Source: Chiloscyllium plagiosum
Taxonomy: Eukaryota
Length of the DNA: 64,000 nucleotides
Reading direction: 5' to 3'
Assembly (NCBI RefSeq): GCF_004010195.1
Contig: NC_057718.1
Coordinates: 94,800,702 to 94,864,701, forward strand
Part shown: positions 13,290 to 25,699 of the stretch, piece by piece
Numbering within the stretch: the first letter of the stretch is position 1
Layout: every line of letters begins with the position of its first letter
Notes under the pieces: generated by a model
What the model was told of the DNA's origin: nothing
Database searches by the model: none
What the model saw: the letters and a program-made list of their open reading frames with translations, nothing else
Program-made: the position numbers and the translations under genes

Positions 13290-13413
13290 TGAAGCATTTA
13301 GAGGGATATGGCCAAGAGCTGGGAAATGTGACTAGATTAGGTTAGGGTATCTGGTCAGCATGGACGGGTTGGACCAAAGGGTCTGTTCCTGTGCTGTACA
13401 TCTCTGACTCTAT
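13290..13413 (+). mobile_element. CR1 3' tail
   Basis: Matches the terminal 120 bp of other CR1 copies. Confidence 0.85.
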
Positions 13414-13780
13414 GAAGACTTAACACACTACTGAAATGATTAAACTATCTCCGAGAAAAAGCTTGATTATGAACTCTATATTCTCCCTGGCACACACATT
13501 TATTGCTGCTCCATTATGTTTGGACGTGAGTGAGTTCAAGCTGGGTTTGGGTCTGGTACGAGGTTCTAGAATTTTTCTATTTCCAGTTGGACACCAAGCA
13601 CCCTTTTCTTTTCCCCTTCCAACATCCTGAGGTTTGTCGCTCTCTAACATTATTAATGTTCTTGCTTCTTCAGACAAATAAGCCCATGGAACATGCACTT
13701 ACAATGCAATGGTATCAACCCGTTTCTTGTTCCTGGGCCTAGCTCACCATTTCCCTCTAATGTGACCCTGCCCTTTAATT

Positions 13781-14142
13781 AGGGTGGATGGTGGCTCAGT
13801 GGTTAGCACTGTTGCCTCACAGCGTCACTGGACCTGGGTTCAATTCCAGCCTCGGGTGACTGTCTGTGTGGAGTTTGCACATTCTCTCTGTGTCTGTGTG
13901 GGTTTCCTCCGGGTGCTCCAGTTTCCTCCCACAATCCAAAGATGTGCAGTTTAGGTGAATTGGCCATGCTAAGTTGACCGTAGGTTAGGTGTATTAGTAA
14001 ATGTAGAGGAATGGCTCTGGGCTGGTTACTCTTCAGAGGGTCAGTGTGGACTTGTTGGGCCTAAGGGTCTGTTTCCACACTGTAGGGATTGCATAGACGT
14101 GTTGGACCAAAGGGTCTGTTTCTGTGCTGTATATCTCTATGA
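13781..14142 (+). mobile_element. HE1-type SINE fused to a CR1 3' tail
   Basis: Complete SINE to about 14090, then 'gcatagacgtgttggaccaaagggtctgtttc...ctatgac'; flanked by ~75-bp direct repeats. Confidence 0.85.
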
Positions 14143-15326
14143 CAATGCAATGGTATCAACCTGCTTCTTGTTCCTGGGCCTAGCTCACTCCTTCTAATAT
14201 GACCCTGCCCTTTGGCATTGACTGTTACCAATAAGTAAAGAGGAAGAATATTGATGTTATACGGGAAATGCTCTGCTGGGTGAAATAACGTCACAGACAC
14301 CGGTATTCCTCACTAACTCACCCCTCATTAACACGTGGAGAGTCTTTGACATGGATCAAATTCCCTCAAAGTCAGTTCTCAGAGTGAAACGTTGTGCAGT
14401 GATATGGAGATTGGCACTCAGTAATAGAGCCGGTGCAGACATGATGGGCCAAATGGCCTCTGGCTATACCATAATAATTCTGCAATTTCAATCATGTTTA
14501 ACAACAGTGGGAGGGAAGGCTGTCGGCTTGGTCATGAAAGATTAGTTTCTGACTGAAGTGTTCATATTTGGGTTGTACACTGAGGATTTCTCCTCTAAGA
14601 AAGCAGGCCAAGTCATCACACTTACCGTAAGCCAAAAGCTCTTAGTTATTAATATAGCTGTTCTGTTTAGAACCGATGCCATTAAGAATACAAGCAAGCC
14701 CTTGGGAGCTTATTGTCAGGTCTGTCCTTGCCAAGTTGTCAACACTGGTGAATATAATTTAAGGTCAGCCAGATTGCCAGTTGCTATTGAAGGATAAAGA
14801 GCTCTGTTTAGCTTTTGGTGCAAGATGTTCCACATTAAAATCTGTTAGCAGGATTTCAAACCAAAATGAATGATGCTCAGCAAGGCCTCAGTTTCTCATT
14901 GTGTATTTTTACAAGATCCAGTCATTGTCTGTTTGTCTTCTGTACAAGGCCATAACAGTGTACAGCTGTCAGAGGCCTGTCACAGATATCTAACAACACT
15001 GCTCCTGTGGCAAGACAGTGCACACAGCAATGTAAAGAACGTGGACTGGAGTGAGAATGGAGGGAGTGCTGTTTTCCCATCGCCTAATGACGACATTCTC
15101 CACTAACTGCTGGCTTACTCTCTATTTATGTTTCTGCACCCAAAGTATGACCTTCCAAGGGATACGACTGGCAGAGGGGTGCACTACAAATGAAATTGTA
15201 CATGTGCTTTGGCTACTATCCCTTTCCAGACGTTTTGAATCAAGGCGGAATTGCAAAGTCCCACTCTCCGCCACGTGTTCACAGAAATCTGTCTTAAATC
15301 AGAGAGGTTATCGATAGTATCCAAAC

Positions 15327-15886
15327 CGGGGGTTGAGGAGGAGGATGAAGGGAGTGAGGGGAAGGTAGGGAGGTGAGGGGAATGCTGGGGGTTAAAGAGG
15401 AAGGTGAGGGGAGTGAGGAAACGATGGGGAGTTGAGGGGAGGCTGGGGTTGANNNNNNNNNNNNNNNNNNNNNNNNNNNNNNNNNNNNNNNNNNNNNNNN
15501 NNNNNNNNNNNNNNNNNNNNNNNNNNNNNNNNNNNNNNNNNNNNNNNNNNNNNNNNNNNNNNNNNNNNNNNNNNNNNNNNNNNNNNNNNNNNNNNNNNNN
15601 NNNNNNNNNNNNNNNNNNNNNNNNNNNNNNNNNNNNNNNNNNNNNNNNNNNNNNNNNNNNNNNNNNNNNNNNNNNNNNNNNNNNNNNNNNNNNNNNNNNN
15701 NNNNNNNNNNNNNNNNNNNNNNNNNNGAGGGGAAGGATGGGGGCAAAAGGGAGGCTGAATGGGTGAGAGGAGGGTGGGGGCTTGAGGGTGTGACTGCGGG
15801 GTGAGGGGGAAGCTGAGGGATGATGTGGGGAGGGTGGGGGATAAGTGAGAGGATGGGGGCTGAGAGGAGGGTGGGAGAGGGAAGTG
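15327..15886. repeat. Purine/G-rich low-complexity tract containing an assembly gap (N 15453-15726)
   Basis: GA/GGG-rich sequence on both sides of 274 Ns. Confidence 0.9.
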
Positions 15887-16929
15887 CAAGGCCTGTGCTC
15901 AGAGAGGAAGGCCTACACCAGGAGAGTGGTGAAGCCTATACCGGGACCAAGAATATCTGCCTCATTCCATTGTTTACCAATGACGTCGGCCTTCTCTTTG
16001 CCCTGAGTAGTCTTTGCGCCAACTACAGGTGGAATTTATATGGATCACAGCCCTCTGAAATACCATTGGTTCTTGGAGCCTTATTACATCCAAATCCTCA
16101 CAACATACAGAATCCAGTCACATACATTCTCTGACCTAATGTGACATTCTAATCCTGTTCACTCATCTCTGATCTTAATGACTTTGGATAAAAAAATACA
16201 TGCAGAAACAGGAGATCCAATCCTTGGCAGCCAACCAAGTGGGAAAATAGAATTCACATCACCTTGGAGATGGCATTTTGACAGATTGTCTGGGATTTAC
16301 AAAAGACTGCCTTCATTGACTGTGACAATTAGGTTGAATCTCCTCAAGAACCTGTTCTCTGCTGCCAGCTTTCTAACTGACTCCATTGTTTGCAGAGATC
16401 TGGCTATTAAGCTGAGGGATGTGTGAACATTTCCTGGTGTTGTTGCAAAAGGGAACAATACTTCAGCCAGTCTGTCTCCATCAAGTACAGACCCAGAGTC
16501 CTCAATTGCTCCTTATTAACTGCTCATTAATGTCCTTGAGAGGAGAAAATCTGTCATCCTGATCTGATCTGGCCTACATGTGACTACACACAGTGATGTG
16601 GTTGACGTGAAACAGCCCTTTGAAATGGCCTAGCTAGCTTTTCAGTTGTATTAATCACCACAAAATCTCAGCAAGGAAATGCAACCAGACAGACCACCGG
16701 ACGTCTACCAGGGCACTGGAAAAATCAACTGCAGACCCCACAAAGTTGTCCTTACTAACACATAGGAGCTAATGAATTCCCTTCCCTAAAGGCATTATGA
16801 ATGCACATGGATTGCAATGGTTTAAGATGGCAGCTCACCACCATTTTCCTAAGGACAACTAGGATATAGGTAATAAATGCTGGCCCAGCTAGTGACGCCT
16901 ATGTCCCACAAGTGAATAAAAAATATGAT

Positions 16930-17312
16930 AAGCCCTTCATTTCCACTAGTAGATGGATTGAGTTTAAGAGCCACAAGGTATTGCTACATCTCTGCAGAGC
17001 CCTGGTTAGACCATATTTGGAATATTGTGTTCACTTCTGGTCACCTCATTATAGGAAGGATGTGAAAACTTTACAAAGGGTGCAGAGGAGATTTACTAGG
17101 ATGCTGCCTGGACTGGTGGTCATGAAGTAAAGTTGAGGGAGCTCGGGCTTTTCTCATTGGAGCAAAGAAGGATGAAAGGTGATTTGACAGAGGTGTACAA
17201 GATTATGTGAGGCATAGATAGAGTGGATAGCCAGAGACATTTTTCCCAGGGCAAAAATGGCTATCATGAGGGAACAATAATTTTGAGGTGATTGGAAGAA
17301 AGTTTAGGGGAG
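16930..17312 (+). mobile_element. CR1 ORF2 fragment
   Basis: ALVRPYLEYCVHFWSPHYRKDVKTLQRVQRRFTRMLPGL. Confidence 0.9.
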
Positions 17313-17499
17313 ACTAGAAAGACTGAAAGACAGAAAGCAACCTTACATATTATATTCTTCACACCCACTCTGGTTTGATGGATCTGGAGATGGCTGTTCA
17401 ATTCAGACTCTGCCAAATGTGAGGCAGGGAGTGCAATGAGGGTTGGATAGATGAGGTATTTGGAGGTTTTTCAATCCCTCAAATTTTGCCCTGAAATAT

Positions 17500-17960
17500 T
17501 TCCAGCAGGAATCCCAACGTGTTGCGTATCTTACCAGCTGAACCGTCTCCATTTTACTCAGTCACAAGCTGGTGACTTGTGTTGCAGAGATTGACTTGTT
17601 CAGGGAAGCCCTGAGGACATCCCCTGAAACGTTTCCACTGCTCTTCTGGGAGTCTCCTGCTGAGTCCGGAGTAGAGTGATTGCCTCAGGTGTCTGCTGTT
17701 GGGTACTTGAGCAACATATCCCACCCTGCAAAGGTATTTTTCAGCCATTTACCTTGAACATGATGATTCAGCAGATGTTCTGTGCAGCGCATATGCTATC
17801 AGAAACCCCAACTGGTGATACTTCTTTTCGGTGCCTATTGTAGGTTGTCCAAATGCATCTTTGTGGAATGTAGGAACGTGGGGATCACTGCCAGTAAATC
17901 ATAGCCTTAGTCTTGAGTTTGAGATCCTGGTCCTCAAGTCTTCTTTCCCTCAGTCAGCTG
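17500..17960 (-). mobile_element. Degenerate RTE-clade LINE fragment
   Basis: LCRVGYVAQVPNSRHLRQSLYSGLSRR..QWKRF resembles the RTE ORF C-terminal pattern LRWxGHVxRMPxxRLPKQxLYGEL...KRF. Confidence 0.6.
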
Positions 17961-18095
17961 AAGGCTTAGCCCGCACGATAGAGGTGAATATAAATTCATC
18001 ATCGACACCCAGTTTAGATGGTGGGACTAGTTTAGTTTGGGATTATCGTCAGCATGGACTAGTTGGACCAAAGGGTCTTTTATCAGTGCTATATG

Positions 18096-18262
18096 ATTAG
18101 ATTAGATTCCCTACAGTGTGGAAACAGGGTCATCGGCCCAACAAGTCCACACCGACACTCTGAAAGAGTAACCCACACAGATCCATTTCCCTCTGACGAA
18201 TGCACCTAACACTATGGGCAATTTAGCATGGCCAATTCACCTGATCTGCACATCTTTGGACT
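18096..18262 (-). mobile_element. HE1-type SINE 3' half
   Basis: Tail with (GATTA)n and part of the central domain; adjacent to a CR1 tail at about 18015-18095. Confidence 0.85.
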
Positions 18263-18540
18263 GACTCTACGAGTCCACAACTGACTTTGTTGAGGGGAGA
18301 CTCCCAAGAAGAAGCTCGTTGTTCCAAAGGATTTGAAAGAACCCGCTACAAAATGGGGCCCCAAATGTAGAATTGATTCTTTATTCATTTTCTTAATGAT
18401 TAGCAAATTGGTGCTTTATTTTCAATGAGAAATCTAATATTTTACTCACTTTGTAACACTGTTATGCAAAGTTTGCGAGAAGATTTGTAGCTCGGATGCT
18501 CGTTGCTGTGGTTCTGTTCGCCGAGCTGGAAGTTTTTGTT

Positions 18541-18580
18541 GCAAACGTTTCGTCCCCTGTCTAGGTGACATCCTCAGTGC
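18541..18580 (-). ncRNA. Minimal type-I hammerhead ribozyme motif (PLE family D), intact
   Basis: Exact reverse complement of 19816-19855. Confidence 0.8.
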
Positions 18581-19815
18581 TTGGGAGCCTCCTGTGAAGC
18601 GCTTCTGTGGTGTTTCCTCCGGCATTTATAGTGGCCTGTCCCCGCCGCTTCCGGTTGTCAGTTTCAGCTGTCCGCTGTAGTGGCCAGTATATTGGGTCCA
18701 GGTCTATGTGTTTGTTGATGGAGTTTGTGGATGAGTGCCATGCTTCTAGGAATTCCCTGGATGTTCTTTGTTTCGCTTGCCCTATAATGGTAATGTTGTC
18801 CCAGTCAAATTCACGTTGCTTGTCGTCTGCGTGTGTGGCATGATGACATGATAGCTGATCATGTCATTTCGTGGCTAGTTGATGTTCATGGATGCGGATC
18901 GTTAGCTGTCTTCCTGTGTGTCCTGTATTATATCACCCCTTGAGTATACTTCTCACCCTAATGTCGACAGTCTCTATGGTAAAGAATCCCATACGTTCTC
19001 TACCCTCTTGAGAGAAGAAGATACTTCTAATATTTGTCTTAAATGTGTGTTCCTTTAGTCTGAGATTATGCTCTTTGGTCTTTGATTTCCTCCACAAGAG
19101 GAAACACTGCATCTACCCTGTCAAGCACCCTACAAATCTTGCGTTCTTCAATAAGGTTGCCTCTTATTCTTCTAAACTGCAAATAGACTCCCTACCTACT
19201 CAACTAAAGTCCCTCCATACTAATGCCATCCAAGTGAACCTTTCCTATGCTGCCTCCAAAATCAGTATATCTCACCTTAGATAAGGGGCAGAAAACTGTT
19301 CACAGTTTGCCAGCTGTGGTCTGACTAGTGCCACGTATAGTTTTAGCAAAACCTCGCTACTTTTCGACACCATTCCTTTTGAAATGAAGGCCAGCATTCC
19401 ACTTGCCTTCTCTATTATCTGCTGAACCTGGATGCTAGCTTTTTGTGATTAAGAACTCTGAAGTCCCTCTGTTCTGTTGTCTTTGTTAATTTAAATACGA
19501 TTTGGCTCCCCTTTTGCCTGCCAAAGTGCTTCTGTGGTGGCCGGTATATTGGGTCCAGGTCTATGTGTTTGTTGATGGAGTTTGTGGATGAGTGCCATGC
19601 TTCTAGGAATTCCCTGGCTGTTCTTTGTTTCGCTTGCCCTGTAATGGTAGTGTTGTCCCAGTCAAATTCATGTTGTTTGTCGTCTGCGTGTGTGGCTACT
19701 AGGATATACCAGCCACTACAACGAACAGCTGAAACTGACAACCGGAAGCGGCAGGGACAGGCCACTATAAATGCCGGAGGAAACACCACAGAAGCGCTTC
19801 ACAGGAGGCTCCCAA

Positions 19816-19855
19816 GCACTGAGGATGTCACCTAGACAGGGGACGAAACGTTTGC
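19816..19855 (+). ncRNA. Minimal type-I hammerhead ribozyme motif (PLE family D), intact
   Basis: GCA-CUGAGGA-U-GUCaCCU(AGAC)AGGgGAC-GAA-ACGU-U-UGC: core, stem II, palindromic stem III and stem I GCA/UGC. Confidence 0.8.
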
Positions 19856-20549
19856 AACAAAAACTTCCAGCTCGGCGAACAGAACCACAGCAACTGTTAT
19901 GCAAGTTTTGTTTGAGCTTTTATTTTCACACAGACAACCACAAAAGATGAAAGAACAGGAGCTCCATATTGACGTTCCTCAGCGTGAGAGCTTTAAGTGC
20001 TACAGACAAAAGTGAATGATGATAGGTTTATACCTCAGAAAAAGGTGGATAATACACATGATAAATTCACTCCAAGTTACTTTTCTCATTTGCTGATATG
20101 CTATTGTATTAATGTGTTTACTGCTAGTTAATAAAACAGAAATATCTTCCAGTTTATTCCTGTGAATGATTGAATTGTTGAATAATTAAATTACTGTTCA
20201 CTGCTGGGTTTTAAATAGTTTCTGGGGTACAGTGAAATGGGGAGATGAAGATTGTAAGCAACAAAAGAAATAGGTTAAAATGCTACATATGCAGGCTTGT
20301 CGAATAGGTCTTCAAATTTTACTGAGCCCTTTTGGAAACATTTGCTGTTTATTATCTTTTTAAACAGAATCATTAGAATAACAATATGCCAAATATAACA
20401 CATTAAAATCTTGTCAGTTTTGGTTTTTTTATGCAGACAAACCACAAGTCAGCACTTAACAACTGAAGGAAGGCTTTGAGCCAGATATATGCAGAATCAT
20501 TTGTTTACAGCTAGATTTTCAAGAGTTGAAACTCACATGTATGAAGTGG

Positions 20550-20762
20550 GGGAGGTTGGTTAGCTCAGTTGGCTGATTTTCAGTACAGAGTAATGTCAAC
20601 AGTGTGAGTTCAATTCCCACACTGGCTGAGGGACTCTCAATCTCTCCCCTTGCCTGAACACTTTACACTGTGCCTCAGTACATCTGACGGTAATCAGTCA
20701 AATCAAAAATTACTCTTAAAGGGACAGAAAGCAATGCTATGGTCTGCTAGGACTATGACAAT
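20550..20762 (+). mobile_element. tRNA-derived SINE, family 2 (degenerate)
   Basis: TTAGCTCAGTTGG A box and GAGTTCAATTCCC B box; related copies at 34025-34226 (-) and 49720-49925 (+). Confidence 0.65.
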
Positions 20763-21334
20763 TTTGAGAATGTTACTGCAGGGAAAGAAGCCTACAGTTT
20801 TGTTCGTTGTTGTGTCCCTGGGGAGGTGGCCCAGATATTTGAAGAAGGGTGAGTGGTGAGTGATCCCAAATTCTGGTGGCCTGGTGGCTGGTGGCTGGTG
20901 GGATGGGCTTCACATCTCAGGGAGTTGATCACTGACAAAGACACAGGGTCTCACCTCTGTTCCCAGAGCTTCCAATCACGGGGCAAGATGAGATCTGACC
21001 ACAAGGTGGCACAGGAGGATGGGGAGGTACTGGCATGGTCGCCAATCTGAGAAACAGTTGAGTTTATGATCCCAGCAGACCAAATACCGAGTGATTTGTT
21101 GGATCATGCACAATGGGAAACAGGGAGTTCCAATAAAGTGCAGGTAATAAGGCAAGTTTGGTGGGCTTGGGGGAAAGAGCTCCAGTTTCCCTTGGCCCGC
21201 AGGTAATGCTCCAAACTTCTTTTCAAATTCTTTCCGTTCTTTATCACAGAAACAAGATGATTGGCACATCCATTGCCATGCTTTCAGACACTGGCAGAAG
21301 GGAGTGATCTTCCGGGTTTTGGTTACTTCACTGC

Positions 21335-21371
21335 AGAAAGAGAGAGAGAGAGAGAGAGGGAGAGAGTGAAA
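21335..21371. repeat. (GA)n microsatellite
   Basis: Visible AG dinucleotide run. Confidence 0.9.
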
Positions 21372-21484
21372 GACAGTATCTTTGGTTCAATCTGGAGGCT
21401 TCTTCCCCTGGATTGTTCAGAGAGGTAGTATCATGTTCATGACTCATGGACTCTACAACTGGTCCTGACTGTACAAACCAATCA

Positions 21485-21690
21485 AGATTACAGAGGTGCT
21501 GGAAAAGCACAGCAGGTCAGGCAGCATCCGAGGAGCAGGAACATCGATGTTTCATTTGCAGTCCTCACTTGCGCCTCTACAAACCAATCAGCAGTCTGAT
21601 GAAAATCTTATGCCTGAAAGATCGATTCTCCTGCTCCTCGGATGCTACCTGACCTCCTGTGCTTTTCCAGCGCCACACCTTTCGACTTTG
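21485..21690. mobile_element. PLE family A fold-back insertion with a degenerate hammerhead (about 21597)
   Basis: Arms ggtgctggaaaagcacagcagg... and ...cctgtgcttttccagcgcc are inverted; CTGATGA...GAAA is present. Confidence 0.75.
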
Positions 21691-21796
21691 TCTCTGAATG
21701 AAGCTTGCTTTGGATACATCCACTGTGCCATGGTATTTAGCACGACACCCCCCACTGCTTAAACAAAGAATCAGCGTAAATACAACTCACAATGAG

Positions 21797-21995
21797 TTAT
21801 AGAGCTATAGAGTCATACAGCATGGAAACAGACCCTTCGGTCCAACTAGTCCACGCCAACCAAACATCCCAATCTGACCTAGTCCCACCTGCCTGCATTT
21901 GGCCCATATCCTGACGAAAACTTTCCTATTCATGTATTTATCCAAATGGCTTTTAAACATTCTAACTGTCCCTGCATCCATCATTTCCTCTGGCA
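21797..21995 (-). mobile_element. CR1 3' end
   Basis: PEEMMDAGTVRMFKSHLDKYMNRK plus tail. Confidence 0.85.
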
Positions 21996-22854
21996 ATTCC
22001 AGTTCCTTGCTTTTAAAAGTGCAACAACTCCTTCCACAGTCCCCTGGTGTAAAACAGGCATTTTCCTATTTTTAGCCACAATCGCAAATAAAGAAAAATG
22101 GAAGGATGAAGCCTTTAAGAGTACGAGATCCTCCTGGCCTGTTGTTGTTCCTGCTGAGGTTTCCAAAATACTTATTCACACAATACAATTAATTGCTCTA
22201 CCGTCCCTCAACAGGCCAGTATCTGTCAATCTGCAGATTTCACGGTGAGGACACTTCCTGAAGATTGGCGTCTCTGCTACCCAAGATCCTTTGGTGGTTG
22301 AGAATTGTAGACTCTAGTAAAATTCAGCACTCCGAATAGGGCACTCAAAGGGTCATTGAGGGATTAATATGAGGCTGAGCTTCATGCACTGAGTCACAAA
22401 TTGGGGCAGTCTCTCTATTTGCATTTCAGAGTATTCTTTACAAGAAAATTTAATTTTAAAAATGTTTGTCATCTTTATCTGGAAGGAGCACTTGTTGATG
22501 CATCATTGTTTGAAAAAAAGTGCAGCTACTGACTTCAGCCTCACTCAGAAAGGGTTAAATGCACAGAGCAGTAAAGTCTGTGGTATGGGATTAAAATTCA
22601 GATACAGTGCCTGCATCTGGGGGCTGTTTCAAAATCAGCTCAGACATTTCAACGATTGTTTACTTTCACTCGTGTTGAGGTGAAGCAATTCATTTAGATT
22701 CTTCAGGGACAGTGCCAGGCGAGTCTGCTGTGTTGAGATCAGAATTAATAAATATGAGAGAAAGATCCTGTTCACCATCAGCCAACTGTTACAAAGGCAG
22801 TGAAAAAGCAGGCCTCAGGCTGAAATAGGAATTAAAGATATTGTTTCCCCAATT

Positions 22855-23759
22855 TAGAACATAGAACATAGAAAAGTACAGCGCAGTCCAGGCCCTTTGG
22901 CCCTCGATGTTGCGCCGATCCAAGCCCACCTAACCTACACGAGCCCACTATCCTCCATATGCCTATCCAATGCCCGCTTAAATGCCCATAAAGAGGGAGA
23001 GTCCACCACTGCTACTGGGAGGGCATTCCATGAACTCACGACTCGCTAAGTAAAGAATCTACCCCTAACATCTGTCCTATACCTACCACCCCTTAATTTA
23101 AAGCTATGCCCCCTCGTAATAGCTGACTCCATACGTGGAAAAAGGTTCTCATAGTCAACCCTATCTAAACCCCTAATCATCTTGTACACCTCTACCAAGT
23201 CACCCCCAAACCCTCTTTTCTCCAATGAAAACAGCCCCAACTGCCTCAGCCTTTCTTCATACGATCTCAAGTATCCGACTATTAGCCCAGTACCCCATCT
23301 TTTTGTTATTGTTCCCAAAGTGAATCACCTCACACTTAGCTACATTGAATTCCATTTGCCACCTTTCTGCCCAGCTCTGCAGCTTATCTATATCCCGCTG
23401 TAACCTGACACATCCTTCCTCACTGTCAACAACTCCACCGACTTTCGTATCATCCGCAAACTTGCTCACCCAACCTTCTAGCCCCTCTTCCAGGTCATTT
23501 ATAAAAATGACAAACAGCAATGGTCTCAAAACAGATCCTTGCAGAACACCGCTAGCAACTGCACGCCAAGATGAATCTTTACCATCAACTACTACCCTCT
23601 GTCTTTTTCCAGCCAGCCAATTCCTAATCCAAACCTCCAACTCACCCTCAATGCTAACCTCCGTATTTTTTGCAGTAGCCTACCATGGGGAACCTTATCA
23701 AACGCCTTACTAAAATCCATATACACCACATCTACCGCTTTACCCTCGTCTACCTCCTT
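22855..23759 (-). mobile_element. Young CR1 LINE with RT motifs and an internal deletion (about 23262)
   Basis: GVLQGSVLRPLLFVIFINDL...SKFADDTK...WQMEFNVAKCEVIHFG; (TAGAACA)n tail. Confidence 0.9.
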
Positions 23760-24170
23760 AAAGCTGATCTAAAGGGAAACTATATTAAAAGAGACTATTT
23801 TGTTGATTACTTCGAACAGAAAACATGCTGACTGTTTCATAGAATCACAAAATCTCAGCTCGTGAATTCATTTAGGGTCCCAGCACCCATTGTCTCCCTT
23901 AACATGAGCGACCTATAGTTTCATAATACTTCACTTTGTTGAGTTCTATTTTTCCATAGGGGTTGCCTGGCCTGATGAATCATCCAAACATTTTCTACTG
24001 CTTTTTTTCAGATTACCCAGCAGCCCCCTGCACTGCTTTGCGTTTTTGCCTAAATATTTAATGATTCTATTTTCTGCTACTTTACGCTGAACTCCAGACG
24101 AGTAATGAGGGATTTGCTTTGGAGATAAAGCCTATAAGTTAACTTGCAAAACTACATAAATGCTTTATCA

Positions 24171-24490
24171 AGCAGTGATGGCCTAGTGGCACTGTTGCTT
24201 GACCAGCTATCTAGAGCCCCAGGGAGTGTTCTGGGGGCCTGGGTTCAAATCCTGCTATGGCAGATAGTGGAATCTGAATTCAACAGAAATCAGGAATTAA
24301 GCATCCACTGATGATCATAGAACAGTTGTTGGGGGAAAACCCATCTGTTTCACTAATGTCCTTTAGGGGAAGGAAACTGCCATCCTTACCTGGTCTGGCC
24401 TACATGCAATTCCAGACCTGTTCTCTGGACAATTAGGGATGGGCAATAGTCCTGGTCAGTGACACCTTACTCCTGTAAATGAAATTTAAA
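24171..24490 (+). mobile_element. tRNA-derived SINE, family 3 (shares the LINE family-2 tail)
   Basis: TGGCCTAGTGG A box and GGTTCAAATCC B box; related minus copy at 34275-34860. Confidence 0.7.
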
Positions 24491-25699
24491 AATGACATTC
24501 CATTGGCCTGAAGCATATTAGAGGTGTTAGCATACTAAATAATCCATGTGGATTTAAAATAGCAGGATTGGGAGATGGATTATAAAGAGATTTTTACACT
24601 AACATCACAAGCTTAAATTTATGGATTTAAATGAAAACACTTCTGAATAAAAATAAACCAGTATTATTATATACATTTGGGTATTTTGATCAACTTGAGC
24701 AATGTTACGTTTATGAATTAGAATGTTGACAAAATAGACCCTTTTTGGGTAGTTTTTTTTCATTAACTGACAATGAAATATGCATTACCATAATCAATAT
24801 AGATGCAGTATCCCTTTCAAGTATATAAATTTCATCATAACTTGGAATACAAATGATAGTAATGCAAGTCATACATCACCCAATGCAATCAATTTGCTGC
24901 ATAATTAGCTGGCAAACATCTCAAAGCACATATATGTCCTGGTACGACCTTTGAATTTACAGCACACGTTACATTTAGAGAATTATTCAATGTTAAGTCA
25001 GATTAAACGTTAAGTCCAAGTTGAAATGTTTCAGCAAACCTTCATTGGCAGACATCTCAAATAGGAAAGGAATTGTATCCTTCATTCTACCTGGAAAGGT
25101 CTAGTCTAATGGAGGCATTTATTAATAATGTAGCTGCCTTACATGGATAAAGAATGATGGAGACCATTCAGCTCATTGTGCCATGCCTTTGCAACTGGAA
25201 GGGGTTGGACAATAAAGAAATGTCCAAAGTAGCAAAGTTAAGGTCAATGACGAGAATGATTTTGGACTGGGCTGTGCAGATCTGCTGGCCCAATCTCAAA
25301 AAATGCCTTCGCAACATTTCAGAGACTTTCATTTTAAACCTCACATTGACCAGAAAAAGCAAAGCAGCTCAAGTCAAAAAGCTCGCCAACTGTTTAAATG
25401 TATTATGGAACAATGGAGGGCAAATTGAACAAACAAATGCAATACTGCATTTAGTAATTAAAAGATATGACAGAGACAATACAGAAGCAATGGCTAGTAT
25501 TTATAGATTCAATACAGAATTTACAATAACTAATAATTTGTATTCCTTAAAAAAACAAACCCCATGGTGTCAAGAGGTATTAAAAACAGCATTTGATTCA
25601 AAGAAGAGACATAAAATGCTACTAAACAGAGCATAAATTCTGAGGTTTGGGTGATGCTAAAATTCAGGAAAGGAGGACAGAACATTTGAAAGGGAAATG

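Larger units (their letters stand above)
18470..19894. mobile_element. Composite Penelope-like insertion (family D) with inverted ends, GIY-YIG fragments and an internal CR1 relic
   Basis: Minus strand encodes TG(H/Q)TGRQLTIRIHEH...FDWDN..IIGQAKQR..REFLEAWHS (GIY-YIG-type endonuclease); 18502-18684 is inverted relative to 19712-19894; flanking repeat ACTGTTATGCAA. Confidence 0.85.

Noticed and set aside
15294..15889. Long ORFs across the N gap
   Set aside because: Artefacts of Ns and low-complexity sequence
17611..17634. CTGAGGA…GAAACGTTT hammerhead look-alike
   Set aside because: No stem II or stem I pairing; it lies within antisense RTE coding remnant, so it is probably coincidental
25154..25636. 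160-aa ORF
   Set aside because: No recognisable domain, no convincing splice signals, AT-rich; likely chance
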